A stretch of DNA of 32,000 nucleotides. Origin: Moraxella nasicaprae. GTDB taxonomy: Bacteria > Pseudomonadota > Gammaproteobacteria > Pseudomonadales > Moraxellaceae. The DNA is taken from positions 1,050,001 through 1,082,000 of the forward strand of contig NZ_CP089977.1 in assembly GCF_025643275.1 (NCBI RefSeq), read 5' to 3'. The notes beneath the pieces were generated by a model. It made no database searches and was not told the DNA's origin. It saw only the letters and a program-made list of their open reading frames with translations. A program made the translations under genes and the position numbers. This document shows positions 1 through 9,817 of this stretch, piece after piece; position 1 is the first letter of the stretch; each line of letters begins with the position of its first letter.

Positions 1-479
1 ACACCATCGCTAAATGATTGGCTATGAGCAAAGCCATCACGCCAAATGTTTAATACCAGCTTACTCGACAGAGCATTCACCACCGACACGCCCACGCCAT
101 GCAGACCGCCTGAAACCTTATAAGAATTATCGTCAAACTTACCGCCAGCATGCAGCACAGTCATGATGACCTCTGCTGCCGACACACCTTCTTCTGGGTG
201 AATATCCACAGGAATGCCACGGCCATTATCCATCACTGACACCGAGCCATCGTCATGAATGATGATGTTAATCTCATCACAATGCCCTGCCAATGCCTCA
301 TCAATGGCATTATCCACCACCTCAAACACCATGTGATGCAAGCCAGTACCATCGTCCGTATCGCCAATGTACATACCAGGACGCACTCGCACCGCTTCTA
401 GTCCACGCAAGACTCGAATATTCTTGGAGCTGTAATCCTGTTCTTCGACTTGATGATTGTCATGTGTCTGTTCGGTCAT
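1..479 (-). CDS. gyrB: DNA gyrase subunit B, N-terminal part (gene runs off the window start)
   Basis: This ORF is open-ended, so it is not in the ORF track. Hand translation of the minus strand from the ATG at 479-477 gives [70 protein letters not shown]..., the canonical GyrB GHKL ATPase N-terminus. Its position completes the conserved dnaA-dnaN-recF-gyrB order. Confidence 0.93.
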   Translation of the reverse strand, partial: MTEQTHDNHQVEEQDYSSKNIRVLRGLEAVRVRPGMYIGDTDDGTGLHHMVFEVVDNAIDEALAGHCDEINIIIHDDGSVSVMDNGRGIPVDIHPEEGVSAAEVIMTVLHAGGKFDDNSYKVSGGLHGVGVSVVNALSSKLVLNIWRDGFAHSQSFSDG

Positions 480-591
480 GAAATATCCTTTAAATTTGGG
501 ATTTTATCTGTTTTCTTAATAAAAAGAACGACCAAATTATAGCATTTTTTTGACCAAAAGTCATCGGATAATCGCTTGATTTATGGCTTTT

Positions 592-1785
592 TTATTCATC
601 TTTGGCATCATTATTGGGTGCTGTTTGTGCGGTCAAAAACTCGCCTTGTTCCACATGAAACACACGACAAATGGCTGATGGCGACAGTATTGATAATTTA
701 TCATCAATAACTTGGCAAATCTCTTGATTTAGACTGGTGATGATGACTTGGCATGGCAATGATAATATCGTATCCAGCAGCATTGATACCGCCCTTTGGT
801 CAAGCTCTGCATCAATATCATCAATCAGCACCACAGGTAGATTTAGTTGATTGCCTTGGGTGTTTAACTGACAAATCAGTGTTAATTGTGACAGTTTCAA
901 GGCAGTGATGAGTAGTTTTTTTTCGCCACGAGACAGAACATGACTTGCCTGCTCTCGCACCTTTTTGCCCTGCTCGTCCATCGTCTTAAATACAACGGAA
1001 ACATCAGCACGATGCGAGCCAACTCTGGTATAACCAAGCTCAATATCCTGCCAAATGCGTTCGGTCAAAGTGTGCAATAATGGCGTGCTAACATCAAAAC
1101 CTGCCTGATAAGATAAACTTAACATATCTTGATAAGCTGGCAACAGGCGACTGACCATCTGCTCAAATGCCAACTGCCATTGCTCAAAAATCTGCAATCG
1201 ATGCTCGTGTAAGGCATGAGCATAAAAAGAAAGCTGATTATCCCAAGCGGTTAGTTGGTGGGTATGCTGACGAATATTGGCTTGCTTTAACAGGGCATTT
1301 CGCTGTTTTAGCAGTCTTTGATAATTTAGCCATTGTTCATAAAAATCAGGTTTCACATGAAACACCAGCCAATCAAGCATCTGCCTACGAGTTGCACTCC
1401 CCTCGTCCAACACAGTCATGCTACTAGGGTCAATCAAAAGGACGGGCAAATGCTTACTTAGCACGCTTTGCCCCAACACCGTCTTATCATCAAATTTTAG
1501 TGTGGTGTCTGATTTTCCTGACAAATCCATCTGTTTTTTGATGGCGAGTGTGCAAGGCTGATAAAAATCAGTCATCGCCCAAACGATGCACTCTGTGGCG
1601 TGATGACTGATGTATCTTTTGGGTTCATGATGTCGAAAACTTTTGCCACGAGAAAGCAAAAACACCGCCTCCAACAGCGATGTTTTTCCGCTACCATTCT
1701 TGCCAATCAGTACATTATGCTTGGCAAGCGATAAGGTTGCTTGCTTGACATTACGAAACTGATGAATGTGTAACTTGCGAATCAC
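592..1785 (-). CDS. recF: DNA replication/repair protein RecF
   Basis: 397-aa ORF with Walker A GKNGSGKTSLLEA, ABC-like signature LSRGEKKLL and Walker B VLIDDIDAELD. It has a GTG start 2 nt after the dnaN stop and sits in the dnaN-recF-gyrB context. Confidence 0.95.
   Translation of the reverse strand: MIRKLHIHQFRNVKQATLSLAKHNVLIGKNGSGKTSLLEAVFLLSRGKSFRHHEPKRYISHHATECIVWAMTDFYQPCTLAIKKQMDLSGKSDTTLKFDDKTVLGQSVLSKHLPVLLIDPSSMTVLDEGSATRRQMLDWLVFHVKPDFYEQWLNYQRLLKQRNALLKQANIRQHTHQLTAWDNQLSFYAHALHEHRLQIFEQWQLAFEQMVSRLLPAYQDMLSLSYQAGFDVSTPLLHTLTERIWQDIELGYTRVGSHRADVSVVFKTMDEQGKKVREQASHVLSRGEKKLLITALKLSQLTLICQLNTQGNQLNLPVVLIDDIDAELDQRAVSMLLDTILSLPCQVIITSLNQEICQVIDDKLSILSPSAICRVFHVEQGEFLTAQTAPNNDAKDE
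648..661. repeat. 14-mer word GTTYCA-YR-TGRAAC, copy 1 (GTTCCACATGAAAC), inside recF
   Basis: Exact match read from the sequence. It encodes VFHVE in recF. Confidence 0.9.
1350..1363. repeat. 14-mer word copy 2 (GTTTCACATGAAAC), inside recF
   Basis: Exact match. It encodes VFHVK in recF. Confidence 0.9.
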
Positions 1786-1787
1786 GC

Positions 1788-2957
1788 TTAGACACGCATT
1801 GGCATGATGACATGGCGATAAAACTCATCGCCATCTTGATAAATCAAGGTTGGAGAGCCTGGCTGGCTCATCTCGATACACACCTTACCCTCCAAGACTC
1901 CAAGTACTGCTCGCAAATAGCTTTCATTGAATGATAATTCAATCGGACCGCCCTGATAGCTGACCGCCAGCAATTCTTCGGCTTGGCTTTTACTGCGTTT
2001 ATCATCAACACCGATTTTAAGGGTATCAGCCGATGAGAAATTCAAGAGTACGCCTGGCACTTCTTTGCTATTTAAAATCGAAATACGGCGTAGCACATCT
2101 GCCATTGCATCACGGTCAAAATAGACTTTTTTGTCATTTTCGGTCGGTATGACACGGCGATAATCGGGAAACTTACCCTCAATCAAACGGGCGGTCAAAC
2201 CCACTTCCATACCAGCTGCAACACCCACCTGCTCTTCGCTAGTCAAGGTTAAAGCCACTTGCAGGTATTCGCCATTAAACCCAAGCTCAACCACCTGCTC
2301 ATCATTGCTTGATTTGGATAATTCAAGCAACAATCGCTCCAATTCACTAATCGCCTTGCCAGGAATAATCATCTGAGTTGGCTCATAAGTTTCATTCAAT
2401 GGACGATACGCCATCGCCAAACGATGTCCATCTGTTGCTACGGCAGTCAGCTGTTCACCACCAAGCTCAAACAACACGCCAGTCAGATAATGACGCACAT
2501 CTTGGGTTGCCATTGCAAAACGAGTGCGATGAATCAAATCCACCAAGTCTGACTGAGCAATCTTAACAATGGTGGTCGGCACACCAGCACCCACATCTGG
2601 AAAATCATCGGCTGGCAACGCACTTAGCGTGTACTTACCTTGACCACTGCTGATTTGGCATCTTAGACTGCCTTGCGGTGCTTCGATGGTCACCATTTCA
2701 TCGGATAATGACTTACAAATACCAAAGAACATCTCGGCTGGCAAGGTGGTTGAACCCGCCTCAATGCACACATCAGGCGAGATTGGCAAACGCACCGTCA
2801 ATTCCAATTCAATGTCCGAACCTGTCAAGACCAAAAACTCTGGACTAAGTTCAATTTTAATGTTCGCCAAGATTGCCAAACGATGGCGTTTATCAGCCGC
2901 TTTTACAACCAGATTTACCGCCTTAATCAGCAAATCTCTATTGATGACTAATTTCAT
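1788..2957 (-). CDS. dnaN: DNA polymerase III beta sliding clamp
   Basis: 389-aa ORF. N-terminus MKLVINRDLL and C-terminus ...VIMPMRV are typical of DnaN. It lies directly downstream of dnaA. Confidence 0.96.
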   Translation of the reverse strand: MKLVINRDLLIKAVNLVVKAADKRHRLAILANIKIELSPEFLVLTGSDIELELTVRLPISPDVCIEAGSTTLPAEMFFGICKSLSDEMVTIEAPQGSLRCQISSGQGKYTLSALPADDFPDVGAGVPTTIVKIAQSDLVDLIHRTRFAMATQDVRHYLTGVLFELGGEQLTAVATDGHRLAMAYRPLNETYEPTQMIIPGKAISELERLLLELSKSSNDEQVVELGFNGEYLQVALTLTSEEQVGVAAGMEVGLTARLIEGKFPDYRRVIPTENDKKVYFDRDAMADVLRRISILNSKEVPGVLLNFSSADTLKIGVDDKRSKSQAEELLAVSYQGGPIELSFNESYLRAVLGVLEGKVCIEMSQPGSPTLIYQDGDEFYRHVIMPMRV

Positions 2958-3010
2958 AACAACTCACTTTGTTTATCTTTTTACTATGGTAAAAGGTTTA
3001 TTGGTCAAAT

Positions 3011-4381
3011 TCAAGAAAATTCCAGCATCATTTTTAGGGAATTATAATCCTTCTCAATGCTTGGGTCGGTCAGCTTTAATTCCTCAATTTTTTCACAAGC
3101 GTGCATCACGGTGGTGTGGTCTCGACCGCCAAACGCCTGTCCAATCTCAGGGAAGCTATCTTTGGTCAGCTCACGAATGAGTGCCATCGCCATCTGTCTT
3201 GGGCGAGCGATGGTACGCATGCGTTTTTTGCTCATCAAATCTTTTGACGATACGCCATAATATTCTGCCACCACATCACGAATATTTTCAGCATTCAATG
3301 CTCTGGCTCTGGCGGCAATCTTATCCTTAATGGCGGTGCTGACCAACGCCAAACTGACTGACTCGCCACGAATTTTGGCAATCATGTCTACCTGTTTTAA
3401 TGCACCTTCTAGCCCTCTGACATCGGACGGTAGATTTTGTGCCATGAACAACGCACATTCTTTGGGCAGCTCAAAACCCATCAACGAGGCTTTTTTGTCC
3501 AGAATCTGTACTCGCATTTCCATGTCAGGCGGTTCAATCATCAATGAAAGCCCGCCTGAAAATCTGGATAAAAATCTATCGTCAAACCCTTTCATCTGAG
3601 TTGGATGTCTATCCGATGCCATCACGACTTGTTTTTTGGTTGTCTTGCTAAAAGTATCAAATAAAGTCGTCAAAATTTGGGTGACTTTGGGTGCACTTTT
3701 GCCATCAAACAAATGCACATCATCGACAATGAGCAAATCCGCCTGACAAATCTGCTTAACAAAATCGTCCATTTTGTTTTCACGAAATGCCTCGGTGGTT
3801 TTCTCAAAAAAATGCTCTTTGGTAAAATAACAAAAACTCTTGCCGTGTTTGCGATAGCGATGGGCAATGGCGTGCATCAAATGCGTCTTGCCAAGCCCTG
3901 ATGACCCATATAAAAACACAGGTCCATAACTGTTGTTATAGTCTTTTTTGGATAATTCATGACAAGCATTGTACGCCAAACTGTTTGACTTACCCTTGAC
4001 AAAACGCTCGAAGGTAAATGACTCATTTAGCTGCTCGCTTTGTGCCAACAGCTTGCCTAAGGTTGTTTTTTTGGCGGTCTTAGTGGCGGTCTTGGCAGAC
4101 AAATTAACCGTTTCAACGATGACCTCAACCACCAAGCCCTGTGCATGCTTGAACACACTGCTTTTGATGTCCGCCAAATAATGATCTTTGATGTGCTGCA
4201 CCCATAAAGCATTGGGTGCAGTCAAAGTCAGCACTTTGGACGACAACTTGATGCTCAATGGGTGAATCCATTGATTAAAATCCTGCTCTTTCATGGCAAA
4301 TTGCAAATCTGCCAGACATTGCTGCCAGACATCGCCAATCTCAATCACAGGGATTTGTTCATCGTCAAATAATTGACTCAT
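3011..4381 (-). CDS. dnaA: Chromosomal replication initiator protein DnaA
   Basis: 456-aa ORF with AAA+ Walker A GSSGLGKTHLMHAI, Walker B LLIVDDVH and the C-terminal DNA-binding helix region GGRDHTTVMHACEKI. DnaA boxes lie upstream. Confidence 0.97.
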   Translation of the reverse strand: MSQLFDDEQIPVIEIGDVWQQCLADLQFAMKEQDFNQWIHPLSIKLSSKVLTLTAPNALWVQHIKDHYLADIKSSVFKHAQGLVVEVIVETVNLSAKTATKTAKKTTLGKLLAQSEQLNESFTFERFVKGKSNSLAYNACHELSKKDYNNSYGPVFLYGSSGLGKTHLMHAIAHRYRKHGKSFCYFTKEHFFEKTTEAFRENKMDDFVKQICQADLLIVDDVHLFDGKSAPKVTQILTTLFDTFSKTTKKQVVMASDRHPTQMKGFDDRFLSRFSGGLSLMIEPPDMEMRVQILDKKASLMGFELPKECALFMAQNLPSDVRGLEGALKQVDMIAKIRGESVSLALVSTAIKDKIAARARALNAENIRDVVAEYYGVSSKDLMSKKRMRTIARPRQMAMALIRELTKDSFPEIGQAFGGRDHTTVMHACEKIEELKLTDPSIEKDYNSLKMMLEFS

Positions 4382-5131
<750 letters not shown>

Positions 5132-5140
5132 GCATGATTG

Positions 5141-5170
5141 AAAAAAGCACCAGTTTTGGTGCTTTTTTTT
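5141..5170 (+). terminator. Rho-independent terminator/attenuator between rpmH and rnpA
   Basis: The hairpin AAAAAAGCACCA-GTTT-TGGTGCTTTTTTTT starts 10 nt after the rpmH stop and has a perfect GCACCA/TGGTGC stem followed by a T-run. Confidence 0.7.
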
Positions 5171-5220
5171 GCCCAAAATTCATCAATGATGTTACAATCT
5201 TTCTACCCTTTTGTGAAAAG

Positions 5221-5589
5221 ATGATGATTATGACCCAGCAATACACTTTTGATAAGAGCGATAGACTGCTTAATCCCAATGAGTTTAAAAAAGTGTTTGA
5301 CCAGCCAATTAAGAAAGTCCATGGCGAGCATTGCCTATTGTTTGTGGGCAAGGCTCAGACAAATACTGCCAGACTTGGACTTGCTATTACCAAAAAAAAG
5401 CTCAAACACGCCGTTGATCGCAATCGCCTTAAACGCCTAACCAGAGAGCATTTTCGTCTTACTCAATCATCTTTATCCCCCGTTGATGTAGTGATGATTG
5501 TCAAAAAAGGCTACGATAGGGAGTTTGACATCGGTGCTGAGGTGGCTGAAATTTTTAGAAAAATTAAACAAATGTATCCAAGTAATTAG
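5221..5589 (+). CDS. rnpA: Ribonuclease P protein component
   Basis: Track ORF 5134-5589, trimmed to the MMIMTQQYTF start because the upstream part overlaps the rpmH terminator. It has the RNR motif region AVDRNRLKRLTREHFR and the rpmH-rnpA-yidD-yidC context. The exact start (5221, 5224 or 5230) is uncertain. Confidence 0.88.
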   Translation: MMIMTQQYTFDKSDRLLNPNEFKKVFDQPIKKVHGEHCLLFVGKAQTNTARLGLAITKKKLKHAVDRNRLKRLTREHFRLTQSSLSPVDVVMIVKKGYDREFDIGAEVAEIFRKIKQMYPSN

Positions 5590-5606
5590 GTTGATATTTT
5601 GTAGAT

Positions 5607-5936
5607 ATGATAAAAAATATTATCCTAAAATTGATTGAGTTTTATCAAAAATTCATCAGCCCACTATCGCCACCACGCTGTCGGTATTACCCAACTTGTT
5701 CAGCGTACGCCAAACAGGCCATCGTTTGGCATGGTGTTAAAAAGGGTTTACCAATGGCAGTCACCAGAGTGTGTCGGTGTCATCCATGGGGCGGTTCGGG
5801 CATTGATTTTGTGCCATTGCCGATGTATTTGTATCGCTATCACTATGTTGGTGGGCAAGCATTGGGCGTACCTTGGCGAAAGGCATTTACCAATTATGCT
5901 GATATAATAAATTTAAAATTTAAAAAAAATAATTAA
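5607..5936 (+). CDS. yidD: Membrane protein insertion efficiency factor YidD
   Basis: 109-aa ORF with the YidD core FYQKFISPLSPPRCRYYPTCSAYAKQAI...GGSGIDFVP. It lies between rnpA and yidC. The C-terminal tail of about 30 aa is longer than usual. Confidence 0.88.
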   Translation: MIKNIILKLIEFYQKFISPLSPPRCRYYPTCSAYAKQAIVWHGVKKGLPMAVTRVCRCHPWGGSGIDFVPLPMYLYRYHYVGGQALGVPWRKAFTNYADIINLKFKKNN

Positions 5937-6107
5937 AATAACGATAGCTTTACTGATTTCCCATACTTTGATTACAAAATGTCATAAAAATCTATCAATT
6001 CTTTGCTGTTTTTAGTAGAATAAAGGGTTTATTTATGATAGATAATCAACCCACAGGTGGTTTGAGTGCGGCTTAAACCATAAATATGCCTACATAGGAT
6101 TTGATTT

Positions 6108-7754
6108 ATGCAAAGAATTCTTAGGATTTTAATCATTGTTGCGATGCTAATAACAGCTTATTTGCTGATTTTGGCATGGCGAGATGATTATGCAGGAAAG
6201 CCTGCAACCAGCGTACAGCCAACAACCATGACGCAAGCAGGTAGCGATGTGCCAGCGATACAGCACGCAGGTGATGTGCCAGCAACCACCGCCAGTACGC
6301 AAGTGGTATCGCCAAATAATGCCAATTTCATCACGGTCTCAACCGATCGCTACGACATCAAAATCAATCCTGTGGGTGGTGATATCGTATATGCCGCTCT
6401 AAAAGACCATAGTGCCACACTGGGCAGCAAAGAACCGTTTGTTTTGCTTGAAAGTGAGCAAGGGCGTGTGTATGTGGCACAGTCAGGCTTGATTGGTCGT
6501 GATGGTGTGGATACTGCAACAAGTCGCCCAACTTATAGCAGTCCAAAAAATAGCTATCAGATGAATGCCAATGCAGGTGCATTGCAAGTACCGCTCATCT
6601 ACCAAAAAGATGGTGTTACCATCACTAAGACTTATACTTTTACTGCTGGTCAATACCCCATTACACTGAGCTACAACATCAATAATAATTCTGCCAAAGA
6701 TTGGCAGGGTCAAATGTATGCACAGTTAAAGCGAGATGGCAGTGCTGACCCAGGCATTGAGGATAAAGGTATGCTGAGTATGGCGACCTATTTAGGTGGT
6801 GCATGGGGAACGCCTGATAAGCCTTATAATAAGCTAAAATTTGCTGACTTCAACGAGAAACTTAATGTAAGCAGTCGTGATGGTTGGGTTGGCATTGTTC
6901 AGCATTATTTCGTTTCTGCGTGGACGCCCAAAGATTTTGATGCCAATTTTTATAGCCAAAGCAATGGCAATGACTATTTTATTGGTTATAATAGCTCCAT
7001 CTTAAATGTTCCAGCAAACAAACAAATCACTTTGACAAACACCCTATACGCAGGTCCAAAGGTTCAAGCTGATTTGGCACAAGTGGCAACAGGATTGAAT
7101 CAGACGGTGGATTATGGTTTCTTGTGGCCGATTTCTAAGGTGCTTTTTGCAACCTTAGAAGGTGTGCATAAGATTGTGGGCAACTGGGGTTGGTCAATCA
7201 TTATTTTGACATTGATTGTCAAAATTTTGTTGATGTGGTTGTCAAATAAGAGCTATGTTTCGATGGCAAAAATGCGTGCCATTGCACCAAAATTACAAGC
7301 CTTAAAAGACAAACATGGCGATGACCGCATGGCGATGAGCCAAGAGATGATGCAGTTGTATCGTGATGAAAAGGTCAATCCAATGGCGGGCTGCCTACCA
7401 ATCTTAATTCAGATGCCGATTTTCTTGGCACTATATTGGGTGCTTGTAGAGTCTGTGGAACTTCGTCATGCTCCGTGGATTTTATGGATTCAAGATTTAT
7501 CAGCGATGGACCCTTGGTTTATTTTACCGATTTTTATGGGGGTTACCATGTTCATCCAGCAGCTGCTTAATCCACAGCCAACTGACCCAATGCAGGCAAA
7601 AATGATGAAAATCATGCCGATTATCTTTGCAGGTTTTATGCTGTTTTTCCCAGCAGGTTTGGTGCTGTACTGGACGGTGAACAACTTGTTTAGCATGACG
7701 CATCAGCATTTGGTGAATAAGCGTGTCGAAAAACAAATGCAAAATAAAGGCTAA
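6108..7754 (+). CDS. yidC: Membrane protein insertase YidC
   Basis: 548-aa ORF with an N-terminal TM helix, a large periplasmic domain and the conserved C-terminal core NPMAGCLPILIQMPIFLALYWVL...FPAGLVLYWTVNNLFS. Confidence 0.96.
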   Translation: MQRILRILIIVAMLITAYLLILAWRDDYAGKPATSVQPTTMTQAGSDVPAIQHAGDVPATTASTQVVSPNNANFITVSTDRYDIKINPVGGDIVYAALKDHSATLGSKEPFVLLESEQGRVYVAQSGLIGRDGVDTATSRPTYSSPKNSYQMNANAGALQVPLIYQKDGVTITKTYTFTAGQYPITLSYNINNNSAKDWQGQMYAQLKRDGSADPGIEDKGMLSMATYLGGAWGTPDKPYNKLKFADFNEKLNVSSRDGWVGIVQHYFVSAWTPKDFDANFYSQSNGNDYFIGYNSSILNVPANKQITLTNTLYAGPKVQADLAQVATGLNQTVDYGFLWPISKVLFATLEGVHKIVGNWGWSIIILTLIVKILLMWLSNKSYVSMAKMRAIAPKLQALKDKHGDDRMAMSQEMMQLYRDEKVNPMAGCLPILIQMPIFLALYWVLVESVELRHAPWILWIQDLSAMDPWFILPIFMGVTMFIQQLLNPQPTDPMQAKMMKIMPIIFAGFMLFFPAGLVLYWTVNNLFSMTHQHLVNKRVEKQMQNKG

Positions 7755-7770
7755 ATACCGCCATTGATAA

Positions 7771-7801
7771 AAAAATCCTGCCCTTTTGGCGGGGTTTTTT
7801 A
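7771..7801 (+). terminator. Rho-independent terminator after yidC
   Basis: The hairpin AAAAATCCTGCC-CTTTT-GGCGGGGTTTTTT (one G-U pair in the stem) begins 17 nt after the yidC stop and ends in a T-run. Confidence 0.6.
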
Positions 7802-7886
7802 TTGCTCAAATTCCAGCGGTGATTTTCCCCAAATGACCAAAAAAGTGCTACAATATCAGGTTAACTGTCATTTTATCCCAAATATT

Positions 7887-9284
7887 ATGAACCAAATTAC
7901 TATCCAAAAACCCACCATTGCCGCCATTGCCACGCCGATTGGTCAAGGAGGTGTTGGGGTTGTTCGTTTATCTGGCAAGACCGCTTATCAAATTGGTTGC
8001 CAAATCACAGGACTGCCCAAGCTAAAACCTCGCCATGCACATTTTGCCAAATTTTATGGAGAGCAAGGCGTGATTGATGAGGGAGTGGTGCTTTATTTTC
8101 AGGCACCACACTCATTTACTGGCGAAGATGTGGTGGAGCTGCAAGGACATGGCGGTGTTGTGTTACAAAACATGCTGCTTGCCAGATTGTTTGAGCTGGG
8201 TGCAAGACAGGCTCAGGCGGGTGAGTTTTCGTATCGAGCTTTTGAAAATGATAAGATAGATTTGGTGCAAGCAGAAGCCATCAGTGACATGATTAGTGCC
8301 AATTCTGTTGCTCAGGCAAGCAGTGCGATGCGTTCTTTGAGTGGGGAGTTTTCTAATAAAATTAATCGATTGCTGGATAAATTGACCAATTTACGCCTGT
8401 ATGTGGAAGCATCTATCGATTTTCCTGATGAAGAAGATGTGGATTTTTTATCCGATGGCGTGATTGAATCTCGCTTGATGGATATTTTGTCAGGTGTTGA
8501 TGAGATTTTGGCGACCGCTAAACAGGGTCAGCTACTCAGAGATGGTGTGCATGTGGTACTGGCAGGCAGACCTAATGTTGGCAAATCAAGCCTGCTGAAT
8601 CGACTGTCTGGCACTAATCGAGCCATCGTTACCGACATTGCAGGTACTACCAGAGATACGCTCGAAGAGACTTTGGTGCTAAATGGCTTGACGATTCATT
8701 TGACAGACACCGCAGGACTTAGAGAGACGGATGATAAGGTGGAGCAGATTGGGATTGAGCGTGCCAAAACCGCCATTGAGCAAGCCGATGTGCTGATGAT
8801 GGTGTATGATATAACCCAAGAAAGCAAGCCACTTGACTTGGCAAAAGAGCTGTTTGGCGATAGCATTACTGGTGATATTGACCAGATATTGCATCAAAAA
8901 TTGATGCCCGTTGCCAATAAATGCGACCTTTTGGCAAGTCAAGACGATATTGTTCCACATGAAACTTGTCAGCCCATCAATATTTACCCCGTTTCATGTG
9001 AAACTTCTTGGGGGATTGATGCTTTGGTTGATGCTTTGTGTGAAAAGGTTGGATTTCATCCATCTGAAAATAGCCTGATTGCCCGCACCAGACATATTGA
9101 CGCCCTTAAAAGAACCCGAGCAAATCTTGAACAGGCACATCAAGAATTAACTGTATTTATGGCAGGCGAATTAGTGGCTGAGCGTTTGCGATTGGCACAG
9201 CAGGACTTGGGTGAGATTACAGGTCAGATGAGTGCTGATGAATTATTGGGTAAGATTTTTTCTAGTTTTTGTATTGGAAAATAA
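7887..9284 (+). CDS. mnmE: tRNA uridine-5-carboxymethylaminomethyl synthesis GTPase MnmE
   Basis: Track ORF 7764-9284, trimmed to MNQITIQKPTIAAIATP, because the upstream part overlaps the yidC terminator. G motifs are GRPNVGKSSLLN, DTAGLR and NKCD, and the C-terminus is FCIGK. Confidence 0.94.
   Translation: MNQITIQKPTIAAIATPIGQGGVGVVRLSGKTAYQIGCQITGLPKLKPRHAHFAKFYGEQGVIDEGVVLYFQAPHSFTGEDVVELQGHGGVVLQNMLLARLFELGARQAQAGEFSYRAFENDKIDLVQAEAISDMISANSVAQASSAMRSLSGEFSNKINRLLDKLTNLRLYVEASIDFPDEEDVDFLSDGVIESRLMDILSGVDEILATAKQGQLLRDGVHVVLAGRPNVGKSSLLNRLSGTNRAIVTDIAGTTRDTLEETLVLNGLTIHLTDTAGLRETDDKVEQIGIERAKTAIEQADVLMMVYDITQESKPLDLAKELFGDSITGDIDQILHQKLMPVANKCDLLASQDDIVPHETCQPINIYPVSCETSWGIDALVDALCEKVGFHPSENSLIARTRHIDALKRTRANLEQAHQELTVFMAGELVAERLRLAQQDLGEITGQMSADELLGKIFSSFCIGK
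8952..8965. repeat. 14-mer word copy 3 (GTTCCACATGAAAC), inside mnmE
   Basis: Exact match. It encodes VPHET, a different codon phase from the recF copies. Confidence 0.9.
8991..9004. repeat. 14-mer word copy 4 (GTTTCATGTGAAAC), inside mnmE
   Basis: Exact match, starting 39 bp after the start of copy 3. It encodes VSCET. Confidence 0.9.
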
Positions 9285-9355
9285 TAATTTCTAATCAATA
9301 ATTTTGCCAATCTTACACAAGATTATTGATAAAAAATAAAATATTTGGAGCGAAT

Positions 9356-9817
9356 ATGCATTGTCCGTTTTGTAATGAAGTAGATACCAAAGTGATGGAT
9401 TCTCGATTGGCTGCCGAAGGAGCTCAGGTTCGCCGTCGCCGTCAATGTACTTCTTGCCATGAACGATTCACCACTTTTGAGATTTATGAAGTGGTGATGC
9501 CACGAGTGGTGAAATCTAGCGGATTGATAGAGCCGTATGACCAAAACAAGCTTCGCCGCTCAATTTCGTTGCCATTGCAAAAGCGACCAGTCAGTGCTGA
9601 TGAGGTTGAGGCTGCCATTAGTCGTATTGAGCAGGCATTACGCAAGACTGGCGAGCGAGAAGTACCCAGTAAAATACTTGGCGAGGTGGTCATGAATGAA
9701 TTAAGACAGCTTGATGTGGTGGCCTATGTGCGATTTGCCAGTGTGTATCGAGATTTTCAAGACATTGATGAATTTCAGGCTGAGCTTGCTAGCATCAAGC
9801 AGCCACAAGGAGTATGA
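9356..9817 (+). CDS. nrdR: Transcriptional repressor NrdR
   Basis: Canonical start [18 protein letters not shown] with a GGAG Shine-Dalgarno 6 nt upstream. It has the zinc ribbon CPFC...CTSC and an ATP-cone, and lies directly upstream of ribD as in many Proteobacteria. Confidence 0.95.
   Translation: MHCPFCNEVDTKVMDSRLAAEGAQVRRRRQCTSCHERFTTFEIYEVVMPRVVKSSGLIEPYDQNKLRRSISLPLQKRPVSADEVEAAISRIEQALRKTGEREVPSKILGEVVMNELRQLDVVAYVRFASVYRDFQDIDEFQAELASIKQPQGV

Noticed and set aside
916-923. Homopolymer tracts considered as possible phase-variation switches: T8 in recF (916-923), A8 in rnpA (5392-5399) and T8 at the tusA/xerD junction (26304-26311).
   Set aside because: All encode Lys-Lys(-Lys) stretches within intact housekeeping genes. 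They are short relative to known contingency tracts, and none lies in a surface or modification gene or in a promoter spacer.
2686-3180. Long antisense or alternative-frame ORFs from the track. Examples: 2686-3180 (+, 164 aa), 13518-14015 (-, 165 aa), 22601-23029 (-, 142 aa), 25751-26128 (+, 125 aa), 28922-29390 (+, two of 114 aa) and 17002-17346 (-, 114 aa).
   Set aside because: Each lies entirely opposite or out of frame within a confidently identified conserved gene (dnaN/dnaA, rsmB, the autotransporter, xerD, recN, tsaC). Their translations are low-complexity or Cys/His/Trp/Arg-rich, with no recognisable motifs. They are typical shadow ORFs.
7764-7886. N-terminal extensions of track ORFs. 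The upstream parts are mnmE 7764-7886, nrdR 9326-9355, tsaC 16841-16921, GT2 25377-25526, xerD 26302-26382, membrane protein 27011-27076, rnpA 5134-5220 and DUF4157-like 21321-21446.
   Set aside because: The extensions overlap upstream genes or terminators and lack family-typical sequence. Canonical family N-termini begin at internal Met codons, often with a Shine-Dalgarno or stop/start coupling.
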